Positions 11,504-23,399 of a DNA stretch of 64,000 nucleotides are shown in pieces. The stretch comes from Paraspadella gotoi (Eukaryota > Animalia > Chaetognatha), in the NCBI GenBank assembly GCA_051294375.1, contig CM119263.1, positions 26,551,702 to 26,615,701 on the forward strand. The letters are read 5' to 3'. A program made the translations under genes and the position numbers. Each line of letters begins with the position of its first letter. Position 1 is the first letter of the stretch. The notes below the pieces were generated by a model that had not been told where the DNA came from, ran no database searches, and worked only from the letters and a program-made list of their open reading frames with translations.

Positions 11504-12466
11504 GTGAGTACAAACCGGTGATTAATTTGCATGATTTTGTCCTTCACTCGTTTTTGCTCTCTCACCCGTTTTTCTGCCATACGCGCTATTTAGGTTGATT
11601 ATATTTTTATTTCTAGACATTTTATTTTTATATACCTCGCGAAAATGGTAGATTTAATCCTGGTAACACACGATTTCGTATTTCATAATTTTCTTTTTTT
11701 TTTTTCGATTTTAAAAAAATCCCAAAAGATTCAACCCAGAAACCGAATACGTATTTTCATCCATCAGGTAGTAAGTTCCGCTATCGTTCAATTTTTGACA
11801 CGCTGTCACATCCAGAGAGGGTCCCCAGATCGTTTTTGTCTACACTCCCGGTTCAGACCGCAAGATGCATGTGTGGTTCGTTTTTAAATGAAAATTTATC
11901 GATACAAGAAAAGTTCAGAATTTCCTTTGGGTTTATTGTTTATTGTTTATTGTTTATTGTTTATTGTTTATTGTTTATTGTTTATTGCGAGTGAGACAAT
12001 TGGCTGCACTAATACATTTGGATTGCAGTGAAGGCTTAATCGTCCATAAACAACGAATCAGACTTTTGTGTTTAAAAAAAAAAATGTTTTATATTTTTCA
12101 TCTTCGTTGTATTTTGCATAAAATGTTATAAAACAATTTTTTTATATCTTTTCATACATGTGCAAAGAAGAATACCAGACGAATAGCAGGCGAATACCAA
12201 GAGAAACAGAAAAACGCAAACGAAAAAAAAAGTAAAAGTAAAAGTAAAAGTAAAAGTAAAAGTAAAAAAAGGTTATATGAAGTTACCTATATTGGTACAA
12301 GTACACCTAAGCAAGTGATATCCTCAGTAATAAAAAAAAAGACAATTATGTACAATGCCGCAATCTAATAACTAAAACCTTATAAAAAAAAAAAGTAACC
12401 GCGCCTGCGGCCCAAAGCAACCAAAAGCAAAACATAAAATCAAGTCTATTTATTGACGTCATTTCT

Positions 12467-13639
12467 TCATTCTTCGGCTTCTCCTACAATCTTGACGACG
12501 GCGTCTCCAAACATCCCGGCCGACGCCTCATCCAGAAACAGCGGGGTCTCGATGAGCTCCACCTCCATCAAATAAGCGACCCCGTCTTTCTCCAGCCTCA
12601 CTCGCAACGGCTCGTCCGCTTCCTTCGCACGCCCGCGACTCCTTCCGCCATTGTCGACAACTACATCAACCCTGGCGTAAAGCAAATCTCCCTCCACCAG
12701 ATCCTACACCCCCGAAGCCGCCTCCACCATCCGCTGGTCCGGAACGCACCTGCGGAACCGCTGGCCGCCCTCGACGCGTCCGGGCCCGTGGCGGGGCGAG
12801 GTGGCCACGGCGTGACTGAAGCGACGAGAGAGGAAGACCAAGTTGATCTCCCACTCGGTGTCGATGGCATCGAGGTATTCTTGGATCATAACCCCTGAGC
12901 CGGAACCGATTTGGGAGCGGAGGCGGCGTTCGTTGGCGTCGGACATTTTGGAAACTTGGAAGCACCATTGGGATACGGCGTCTTGGGAGGAGGAAGTGGA
13001 GGAAAAGTAGAGGAATAATTTAAATTTAAAGATATCCAGTAATGATAAAAAGAAATTTAGGATTAAAAATATTAATTTAATGATTAATCTAAAAAAAAAA
13101 TAAAACCTAACAAATTAACAAAATATTTTTTAAAAAATTAATTAAATAATTAATTAAATATTTAATTCGAAACTGTGTCTACTTCAATTGACAATTAAAA
13201 CAAAAAATAAATGAAACTCACCACAACCAATGATAGGCTTAACGACGCCCGTCCGGAATCCCCTCTTCTCCAACTCTCCCTTCAAGTCGACCTCTTCGAT
13301 GTCTTCGACTCCGTCCAACCACCAAGTCTTCGTCAGCTCAACTCCCTCGGGCAAACCTTTCTCCTCGCAAATATGTCTTCTCCATATTTTTCCGGACGAC
13401 GTTGACGGAATTGAGCACGGTGACCCCCAACTTCTCCAGCCGGTCGAGCCAGCTTCGGAAGCGGGTCACGTGATGGATGTAGTTGTAGCATCCGCGGAGG
13501 ACGACGTAGTGGAAGCGACTCCAGTCGACGGACTCGTCCTCCCATGGAACCTCGACCACGAGGGAGTTTGGGACGCGAGATTCGATGCTGGGGATCAGGA
13601 GGGCGTCGCCTTTGACGAGGAAAGGGTAGAACGATGTTG
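12467..13639 (-). CDS. DcsG/RimK-like ATP-grasp ligase, copy 1 (exons about 13639-13222 and 12981-12467; 5' end uncertain)
   Basis: Motifs VPWEDESVDWSRF, VLNSVNVVRKNMEKTYL, VVKPIIGC, MIQEYLDAIDTEWEINLVF...FSHAV, YARVDVV and LMEVELIETPLFL. GT-AG intron 13221-12982; AATAAA at 12454-12449. There is one frameshift near 13360 and a TAG at 12706-12704 that reads TTG in copy 2. Confidence 0.85.
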
Positions 13640-14885
13640 CTTAATTAACTTTGTCGATATCTATGTTATTTGTTTATAATTTAATACCTTTAATGGTTTT
13701 GTTAGATCGTCTCAATTGCCGCATTTGACTTCGAGTTTCTCTCATCCGTCTTGTCTCTTTCTGTTGTCTCATTTTCCTCATTCCTCTCATTCCCCTCATT
13801 TCCCTCTTTCCCCTCATTTCCTTCATTTTCCTCATTCCTCTCATTTCCCTCATTCCCATATTTCTTTTTTTTTCAGGGGAGACGGCCCTCCATCCAAAAC
13901 CGAGAACAAATAATTACCCAACAAGTAGTGAGTACAACCGGTGATAATTTGCATGATTTTGTCCTTCACTCGTTTTATGCTCTCTCACCCGTTTTTCTGC
14001 CATACGCGCTATTTAGCGTTGATTATATTTTATTTCTAGACATTTTATTATATACTCGCGAAAAGGGTAGAATTTAATCCTGGTAACACACGATTTTCTA
14101 TTTCATATATTTCTTTTTTTTTTTTTCGATTTTAAAAAAATCCCAAAAGATTCAACCCATGAAACGAATACGTATTTTCATCCATCAGAGTAAGTTCCGC
14201 TATCGTTCAATTTTTGAACACGCTGTCACATCCAGAGAGGGTCCCCAGTCGTTTTTTGTCTACCACTCCGTTTCAGACCCGCAAGATTGCATGTGTTGGT
14301 TCGTTTTTAAATGAGAAAATTTAGTCGATACAAGAAAAGTTCAGAATTTCCTTTGGGTTTATTGTTTATTGTTTATTGTTTATTGTTTATTGTTTATGTT
14401 TATTTATGTTTAGCGAGTGAGACAATTGGCTGCACTAATACATTTGGGGATTGCAGTTGAAGACTTAATCATCCAAAAACAAACCGAATCAGGACTTTTG
14501 TGTTAAAAAAAAAAATGTTTATATTTTCATCTTCGTTGTATTTTTGCATAAAATGTTATAAAACAATTTTTTTATATCTTTTCAAACATGTGCAAAGAAG
14601 AATACAGACGAATAGCAGGCGAATACCAAGAGAAACAGAAAAAAACGCAAACGAAAAAAAGTAAAAGTAAAAGTAAAAGTAAAAGTAAAAAGTAAAAAAG
14701 TAAAAGGTTATATTGAAGTTACCTATATTGGTACAAGTACACCTAAGCAAGTGATATCCTCAGTAATAAAAAAAAAACAATTATGGTACAATGCCGCAAT
14801 CTAATACTAAAACCTTATAAAAAAAAAGTAACCGCGCCTACGGCCCAAAGCAACCAAAAGCAAAACATAAATCAAGTCATTTCTT

Positions 14886-16057
14886 TCATTCTTCGGCTTC
14901 TCCTACAATCTTGCACGACGGCGTCTCCAAACATCCCGGCCGACGCCTCATCCAGAAACAGCGGGGTCTCGATGACTCCACCTCCATCAAATAAGCGACC
15001 CCGTCTTTCTCCAGCCTCACTCGCAACGGCTCGTCCGCTTCCTTCGCACGCCCGCGACTCCTTCCGCCATTGTCGACAACTACATCAACCCTGGCGTAAA
15101 GCAAATCTCCCTCCACCAGATCCAACACCCCCGAAGCCGCCTCCACCATCCGCTGGTCCGGAACGCACCTGCGGAACGCTGGCCGCCCTCGACGCGTCCG
15201 CGGCCCGTGGCGGGGCGAGGTGGCCACGGCGTGAACTGAAGCGACGAGAGAGGAAGACCAGTTGATCTCCAACTCGGTGTCGATGGCATCGAGGTATTCT
15301 TGGATCATAACCCCTGAGCCGGAACCGATTTGGGAGCGGAGCGGCGTTCGTTGGCGTGACATTTTGGAACTTGGAAGCACATTGGGATACGGGTCTTGGG
15401 AGGAGGAAGTGGAGGAAAAGTAGAGGAATAATTTAAATTTAAAGATATCCAGTAATAGATAAAAAAGAAATTTAGGATTAAAAATATTAATTTAATGATT
15501 AATTAAAAAAAAAAATAAAACCTAACAATTAACAAAAATATTTTTTAAAAATTAATTAAATAATTAATTAAATATTTAATTCGAAACTGTGTCTACTTCA
15601 TATGACAATTAAAAAACAAAAAAATAAATGAAACTCACCACAACCAATGCATAGGCTTAACGACCCGTCCGGAATCCCCTCTTCTCCAACTCTCCGTTCA
15701 AGTCGACCTCTTCGATGTCTTCGACTCCTCCAACCACCAAGTCTTGCGTCAGCTCAACTCCTCGGGCAAACCTTCTCTCCTCGCCAAATATGTCTTCTCC
15801 ATATTTTTCCGGACGACGTTGACGGAATTGAGCACGGTGACCCCCAACTTCTCCAGCCGGTCGAGCCAGCTTCGGAAGCGGGTCACGTGATGGATGTAGT
15901 TGTAGCATCCGCGGAGGGAGACGTAGTGGAAGCGACTCCAGTCGACGGACTCGTCCTCCCATGGAACCTCGACCACGAGGGAGTTTGGGACGCGAGATTT
16001 CGATGCTGGGGATCAGGAGGGCGTCACCTTTGACGAGGAAAGGGTAGAACGATGTTG
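14886..16057 (-). CDS. DcsG/RimK-like ATP-grasp ligase, copy 2 (exons about 16057-15639 and 15394-14886; many indels)
   Basis: Near-identical to copy 1, but with different frameshifts. Confidence 0.75.
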
Positions 16058-16189
16058 CTTATTATAACTTTGTCGATATCTGTGTTATTTGTTTATAATT
16101 TAATACCTTTAATGGTTTTGTTGGATCGTCTCAATTGCCGTCATTTGACTTCGAGTTTCTCTCATCCGTCTTGTCTCTTTCTGTTGTCT

Positions 16190-16620
16190 CATTTTCCTCA
16201 TTCCTCTCATTCCCCTCATTCCCTCTTTCCCCTCATTTCCTTCATTTTCCTCATTCCTCTCATTTCCCTCATTCCCCTCATTTTGCTCATTCCTCGCATT
16301 TTCCCTCATTTCCTCATTCCTTGCATTTCCATCATTTCTCTTCATTCCCGTAATTTTCTCATTCCCTTCATTTTCCTCATTTCCCTCATTCCCCTCATTT
16401 TCCTCATTCTTCATTTCCCCTCATTCCCCTCATTCCTCCAATTTCTCATTCCCTCATTTCCTCATTTCTCTCATTCCCCTCATTTCCTCATTCCCCTCAT
16501 TTTCCTCATTCCTCATTTTTCTCATTCCTTGCATTTTCCTTCATTCCCCTCATTCCTCTCATTTCCCTCAGTCCCCTATTTCTCTCATTTCCTCATTTCT
16601 CTCATTCCCCTCATTTCTCT
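16190..16620. repeat. About 9-bp minisatellite (CCTCATTYY)n
   Basis: The order of variant units in 16278-16620 is the reverse complement of 21270-21618. Confidence 0.9.
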
Positions 16621-16961
16621 TTCCCTGATCTTCCTCCTTTTCCTCTTTCACTATCCGCTTCATCATTCTGATTCTCTTCCTTTTTCCCCTCTCCTTACAA
16701 TTCCTCCTTCTCCTTTTTCCACATCGTCTCTTCTATTCTCTTTCCTCTTCCTTCTTCACTATCCTTCTTCTATCATATCTCATTTCCTCTTTTCCTTCTT
16801 CACTATCCGTTCTCTTCTAAATCTCTTTCCTCCCTTCCTTCTTTGCACTATCCGTTTCTCTTCTATCTCCTTTTCCTCTTTTCCTTCTTCCACTATCCGT
16901 TCTCTTCTATTCTCTTCTATCTCTTCTATCTCTTCTATCTCGTATTCCTCTCCCTCTCCAT

Positions 16962-17520
16962 TTAAACGATCGTCTTCTCCGCTTGCCGCCGCGGATCGAT
17001 CTATAAACACCCCCACGTTGTGCAGCATCTGCCGATGTTCAACCGCAGCCGCACTTGTCGCACGCGATTCCGACGACATCGAATGAAGCCGTGATCGCAA
17101 GTCTCGCGGCCCACTAACCTCCCATCCTGGTGTTCGGGCCTTCACTTCGCGAATCAGCCCGCGGGCCATGCAGCGGCATCGGAGCCGAGCGGCAGCAGCA
17201 TTCCGACGTTCGCTTGGCCTGAAACAGCGGCGCCGCTGCGCCGCCGTGGCCCTACATACGACGACCTCCACGCAAGTCGATGGGCCTCTGCAGTAGTGAG
17301 GCCTGGAGACGGCCTCTCAAGAGAGTTCTCTTCCCAGGAAACTTGAGCCTCCGCTTCGGATCTCTTCCCACGATTTGGCCAGGGCGCGCGAGGCCCCCAG
17401 TTGCAGGGGGCGTCCTCTTCCCTGCGAGACATGCAGGCAACGAAGTTTCGGGATCCGGGGCGTCTGAAGTCGCGGGGGCCGCTTTTGTTTGGGGGGGTGA
17501 GTGTGGAGGAGGGAAGGGAC
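16962..17520 (-). CDS. PDGF/VEGF-like exon, frameshifted second copy
   Basis: Reverse complement of 34220-34760 with many indels. Confidence 0.55.
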
Positions 17521-17577
17521 CTGAATCTTGAAACGCGGCACTAATTTCACTAAATTCCCCTTTTTGTTCCTTATTCC

Positions 17578-17760
17578 TCAACCCCTAATACCTAATCCTA
17601 ACCTAATCCCGAACCTTATCTTTACCTTAATCCCTAAACCTTATCCCTTAAATCCTAAACCGTAATACCTAACCCTTATCCTTAATCAAATTTTAACCAA
17701 ATCCTTAACCCTTAACCCCTGACCCTAATCCCTACCCATCCCTAACTATTAACCTAATTA
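17578..17760. repeat. Degenerate telomere-like (CCCTAA/CCTAA/CCTTAA) array
   Basis: Directly visible; mirror copy at 33978-34160. Confidence 0.75.
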
Positions 17761-20349
17761 ACTCAGGACTTTTCTTCTCATTCCCGCTTTCTCCGGCCCC
17801 GCAATCTCTGCCCCGCCCTTCTTCTCACGCCGGGCGCTGCGCGTCCAACGCCGCCTCTCGCGCCAACAACTCGGATCATCGACGGTACGCACGTTGGCGG
17901 CCGGATGTGCCGTGCCGGTTACACATCCGGTGCTTCAACAGTACTCGTCGACTGGAACTTATTTCTTTTATAAAAAATATTTTAAGAGTTCCTCTTTTTA
18001 TTTTTTTTCTTTCTTTCTTGACGTCAACGTTCTACTTGGTACATTTTCTAATCTGCGCAATAGAAGATTCGATTAGCTAATTAAGATATTTAGGAAAATT
18101 AAAGCTGGGCTTCTTAATTCAATCAGATAACCAAACTAAACAAACACCATGACAATGATATTATTGAACGAAAGAAAAAAAAAAGAGTTAATCTGAAATA
18201 ATTTAATTTCCTTCCTTTTCCTTTATGTTCTTTTCTGCCGAACCGGTTTTGTGTGACGGTTTTGTGTGACGGGTCGGATCTCCGATTTCTCGCGACGAAA
18301 CAAACCGACGACGACGGACGAACGACGACAGACGCGAGCGACAGCCAAGCTTGGGTTGGTACGAAAGTAAGGAAGAAAGACGCTCGAATTCGAGAATAAA
18401 AAAAAAAGCTTTATCATCGATATCCTTTTTTTGGTTTTGTTGTTTTTTGGTTGCAGGTTTGTCGGTGGAGGCGGCCGTCCGCGTGAATTTGTAGGATCGA
18501 AAAATATCGGTGATACGAGAGACGAGGGTAAACAATCGACGTCCAGGACGATTTATTCAAAATTTTCGAAATTTATGTAGATTACTATGGTTTCTACCTA
18601 ATTTCAACCAGAAAGAGAGGGTCGCGTAAGGTTTCAGTTACAAAATATATTTTAAAAATCTTAGTTCGCAACGGCTTATCAACCCTCTTCTGTGAAAATA
18701 CGAAGATGGTAAGGAAATTTGAACTCACCATACTCTTTCTGGAGCTGTGAGCGGAGCGCGAGGGCGGACCCTCCCGGCACTCTGACTCGGCGCCACCCGG
18801 AGTGAATAACTCCGAATTAGGTTGGAGCGCCTCAAGGAGAAACGCTTCGTTGGCCGGGATGGTCGGTGGTGCTGTCGACGTGACATTGTGCTAGAGGTAG
18901 AAGAGCAAAAATTCGGAGTTTTTTTTAACATTCTTATATTCAATTTGACTTTTAATTTTTTGATTCATTAATTAAAAAAAAACCTGCCCGGTAGTCTAAA
19001 AAATAAATTATTTCTGTATTAAATAGTCCACGGTGAGACGTTTTTACAATTTTTCAGAACAAGGTTGAGTTACAAATTTTTTACTTGAGACTTTAAGAAT
19101 CCAGATGTTACTTTGCCATCCCCTCCCAGTCAGGAGTTACATAATAGTAACAAAAAAATCACACTCCATAAAACTCACTATTTCTGCAACATAAAATTTT
19201 TTTAAACGAACACTCAATTCTTAACACATTAATTTATTCAAATATTTATCTATTGTTATATTCAAACCTGTTCCAGTAGAGTTCGTAGAAGTAATTTTCT
19301 CCGGATCGTCCGTCGACGGAGATTCCACCGCAGTGAATGAAGTGGCCGAAACGGCTTGGCCTTGGAGATTCGTGGGTGGTTCGGAACTGGCAGGGGTGGT
19401 GGGTCAGGGGGTGGTTACGGTGGCAAGGAGAGGAAGGCAGGGGGGAAATCTAGCTTAAGAAAAGGAAAGAATATTTAGAAAAAAATATTTTCAATAATTG
19501 TTTTTCTTTAAAACAACGATTTTTATTTAAAGAGAAAGAAAATAAAAAAAGAGAACGCAAATGGTAAACAAAAGAAAGGAAGAAGGGAGAAAAAAGAAAA
19601 TTTGAAAAAGTTAAAAGTTATAAAAAAGCTGGCGTGCATTTTGTTTTTTCTTCTACTCTAAATTCAGTTTCGCAAAAGTCTCTCAAAGTTCCAAAAATCA
19701 AGATACCGACATTGAGACAAAGTTTTAGTTCTTTCCTGGAGATGGAGTTAGTAGAACGTTCAAGAAAGAATCCGAACAAAAATATCTTTAATTTAATTTC
19801 GTGGAGGAGATTGAAAAGTTCATGATAACTATCATGATAGATATCCGCTAACATTTCAAAGTTTGAGATGCAATGGGAAGGTGGCAACAAAGCGGAAGCA
19901 AACGGGGTTCTATGGATCTCTTTTATCCTTATTTTCAGGGAAAAATCTTTGCTCATCAGGCAAAGGGTCAGAAAAGGATCTCAGCAATGTTTCATCCAAG
20001 CACTATATAACTAAGAAATATTTTTTATTTCGTTTGGATCTGTTTATTTGTTCAGACTTCCTTTGCGTTCCGTATGGACATCTAAAGCACATTTAAATCA
20101 ACAAATATTAAAATTTTGTGATCCAAAAATCATAACAGGTCACGAAGATTTGAATTTTTAATGAATCATTAGCACCAAAAGTATCGGGATTCAGGTTTCA
20201 AGTAAAAATCCGGCTCTAATTACTTGCGTAGGTTGTAGGCTAATTAAAACACCAAAGTAGCTCCAAAAGCAATTTTACGACTTTTTAAGATATTTTAGTT
20301 CTTGCTCTAGGAATGTTTCTCCCGACTAATTTTTACCCGAAAAAAACTT

Positions 20350-20900
20350 ACCCATCACCTTTTGAAACGAATATTCTCTTCCATTTCTAGAATACCGTAG
20401 AACCCCATCTAAACCAGTGCTTCAGGTTTTCGAGCTTCCCCTTCGGATCCGTCTAGAATTCATTCTTATACTTTTATACTTCAGTCTCAATCGAAATGCA
20501 ACTTCAGAATTGAATTGGTCGTGGGTCGTCACGCCCTTGACGAAGCCCTCGACGAGAGTTCGAAAAGCGCCTTCGAGTTTCAAGGCCGCTCATTCCCTCG
20601 AAGAGCTCCTTTGGAGGATGCGGAGGAAGATTACGTCGACGTCGAGGAGGATGCTGAGTGCGGCGATGGTGAAAACCAGGTTGGTTCTGGAGATTGATTA
20701 AATGATTCGTGTGAACTTATAGGCTTGTCTTAATGCAAATATTTTTTTGTTTTTTTATGAATGAGATAAAACCTTATTTATGCTTACCACACATTTGCTA
20801 AACAGATTTTCATCGCGATTGTGACGAGCCTCGGGAACGAGAAGCGAACGAGGAGAAGATGCGACCGTCTCTCGAATGAAGAGAATGCGCGGAATGATTC
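20350..20900. other. Exon-like GC-rich blocks of an unidentified gene, strand unresolved; second copy at 21660-22220
   Basis: The - strand has strong gtaag donors (near 20350 and 20797) and a ctccag acceptor. The + strand gives SQSKCNFRIELVVGRHALDEALDE...DGENQ spliced to IFIAIVTSLGNEKR..., running into the NE-repeat satellite. Confidence 0.35.
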
Positions 20901-21618
20901 CAATGAGAGGAATGAGATCAATGAGGGGGAGGAGGGAAATGAGGAAATGAGGGGAATGAGGAAAATGAGGGGAATGAGAAAATGAGGGAATGAGGGAAGT
21001 GAGGGAAGAGATGGAATAGGAAAATGAGGGTATGAGGGAAATGCGAGGAATGAGGGGAAGAAGATGAGGAATGGAAAAAATGAGGGAAGAGGGAATGCGA
21101 GGAATGAGGAAAATGAGGGAATGAGGAAAATGAGGGCTGAGGAATGAGCGGGAATGAGGGAAATGAGGAAAATGAGAAAAATGAGGGAATTGCAAGGAAT
21201 GAGGAAAATGAAGGAAATGACGAGGAATGATTGGAAATGAGGGAAATGAAAGGAATGAGGAAAATGAGGGAATACGAGAAATGAGGGGAATGAGAGAATG
21301 AGGAAAATTGAGAGAAATGAGCGGACTGAGGGAAATGAGAGGAATGAGGGGAATGAAGGAAATGCAAGGAATGAGAAAAATGAGGGAATGAGGAAAATGA
21401 GGGAATGAGGGAAATGAGGGAATGAGAGAAATGAGGAAATGAGGGGAATGAGAGAATTGAGAGGAATGAGGGAATGAGGGAAATGCAAAGAATGAGGAAA
21501 ATGAGGGAATGAGGAAATGAGGAAAATGAAAGGGAATGAGGAAATTACGGGAATGAAGAAATGAGGGAAATGCAAGGAATGAGGAAAATGAGGGAAATGC
21601 GAGGAATGAGCAAATGGG
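20900..21618. repeat. About 9-bp minisatellite (AATGAGGRR)n; a more degenerate copy lies at 22215-22568
   Basis: Directly visible. Confidence 0.92.
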
Positions 21619-23399
21619 NNNNNNNNNNNNNNNNNNNNNNNNNTTATCGAAAAAACTTACCCATCACCTTTTGAACGAATATTCTCTTCCATTTTTAGCG
21701 AGAATACCGTAGTACCCCATCTAAACCAGTGCTTCAGGTTTTCGAGCTTCCCCCCTTCGGATCCGTCTAGAATTCATTCTTATACTTTTATACTTCAGTC
21801 TCAAATCGAAATGCAACTTCAGAATTGAATTGGTCGTGGGTCGTCACGCCCTTGACGAAGCCCTCGACGAGAGTTCGAAAAGCGCCTTCGAGCTTCAAGG
21901 CCGCTCACCCTCGAAGAGCTCCTATTGGAGGATGCGGAGGAAGATTACGTCGACGTCGAGGAGGATGCTGAGTGCGGCGATGGTGAAAACCAGGTTGGTT
22001 CGTGAGATTGATTAAATGATTCGTGTGAACTTATAGGCTTGTCTTAATGCAAATATTTTTTTGTTTTTTTATGAATGAGATAAAACCTTATTTATGCTTA
22101 CACACATTTGCTAAACAGATTTTCATCGCGATTGTGACGAGCCTCGGGAACGAAAAGCGAACGAGGAGAAGATGCGACCGTCTCTCGAATGAAGAGAATG
22201 CGCGGAATGATTCCAATGAGGAAGGAATGGAGAATCAATGAGGGGAAATGAGGGGAAATGAGGATAATGAGAGTAAATAATGGGGAATGCAGGAATAATG
22301 AGAGGGAAATGGGATGGAATAGGAAAATGAGGGGATGAAAATGCTGAGGAATGAGGGGAATGAGGGAGAAAATGAGCAGGAAATGAAGGGATAATAATGA
22401 GGGAATGAGGGAAATGCGTAGCGAATGAGGGGAATGAGGAAAGCAAAATGAATGAGAAAAATGAAGAATGAGGGAAATGCGAGATAATGAGGAAAAAGAG
22501 GATAATGAGGGAATGAGAAAATGAGGGGTAATGAGGGGAAATGCGAAAAGGAATGAGAAAGGAAATGCTAGGGTGTGTCAAAATCAAAAGATTGCATTTC
22601 TCGAATCACTATTCCTAATCTAACCATCGATGGAAATAAGGCAAGGTTCAATAAATAAATACGAGTGTAATATTCACGAAATCGCCATTTCAAATTGGTC
22701 TACACACTCACTTAGACAGCATACCCTGCATTAAAAAGAAACTCAGATTATGCACACCTTTCACATCAATAAGTCATGGTCTAAAGTATGAGAAAAGAAT
22801 AATTTGAGTCCACCTTAATTTATTAGTTAAAAAATGTTGCAAAGTTAACTAATATAAAATTTCAAGTCCTACCCATCGCGTGCGTCCACAACAGCATCCA
22901 CAACCTGCTGAGAGATAATACGTTAACAAGCCCGCATTGACATACTAGCGATAGTACATTATACTATGGAAGGATAATTGGAGGTCACTCTACTTTAAAT
23001 TTCTCCCAAAACATTATCAAACATAGCATTAAGGCCTTCTTCTGTTTGACACCAATTTTTACTTCATTTTTTTTTTAAAATATGTGTAGTCACATCCTGG
23101 AGGAATAAATCCTGTACAGATTCTTTTAAAAAATAACTATGACAAATAGTTATCATAATTTTTGCTTATGGTAATCATCAATTAAAGGTAGATGGTATGC
23201 AGTGTATGTTAAATTTCATTTTGATTGACCATGTACTTTCCAAGATAGCCCGTTTTAAAGCATTTTCAAAAAAAAAAATTAAACACTGACGGTAAAAATA
23301 TTAATATTATTTCTTCCAAAGGGCTTCATTAGTTGAGAAAGACTAACTTATATTTTAACCATAAATTTTCATGAACTTCAATATCAACATGTTGTAAGA

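Larger units (their letters stand above)
11430..16260. repeat. Tandem duplication of about 2.4 kb (11430-13860 and 13860-16260), probably two haplotypes
   Basis: Same order of LAR exon, (TTTATTG)n, (GTAAAA)n and ATP-grasp exons. The copies differ by scattered 1-bp indels and one indel of about 15 bp near 12445-12460. Confidence 0.9.
16900..20336 (-). repeat. Inverted, error-rich copy of 31598-34830 (contains LAR exons 19386-19268 and 18890-18729 and the VEGF-like gene)
   Basis: Colinear reverse-complement match across both exons and introns. Confidence 0.92.

Noticed and set aside
12704-12706. In-frame TAG in the ATP-grasp gene as recoding or proof of a pseudogene
   Set aside because: The other copy has TTG (Leu), and the region is error-prone.
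13230-13679. + strand ORFs of 149 aa and similar over the ATP-grasp exons
   Set aside because: They are antisense shadows of a GC3-rich coding strand.
17578-17760. True telomere or chromosome fusion site
   Set aside because: Short, highly degenerate and single-orientation; the opposite-facing array at 34 kb is simply part of the inverted duplicate.
18729-19386. A second LAR paralogue on the - strand
   Set aside because: The introns are nearly identical to 32556-33218 and the differences are random indels, so this is the same locus.
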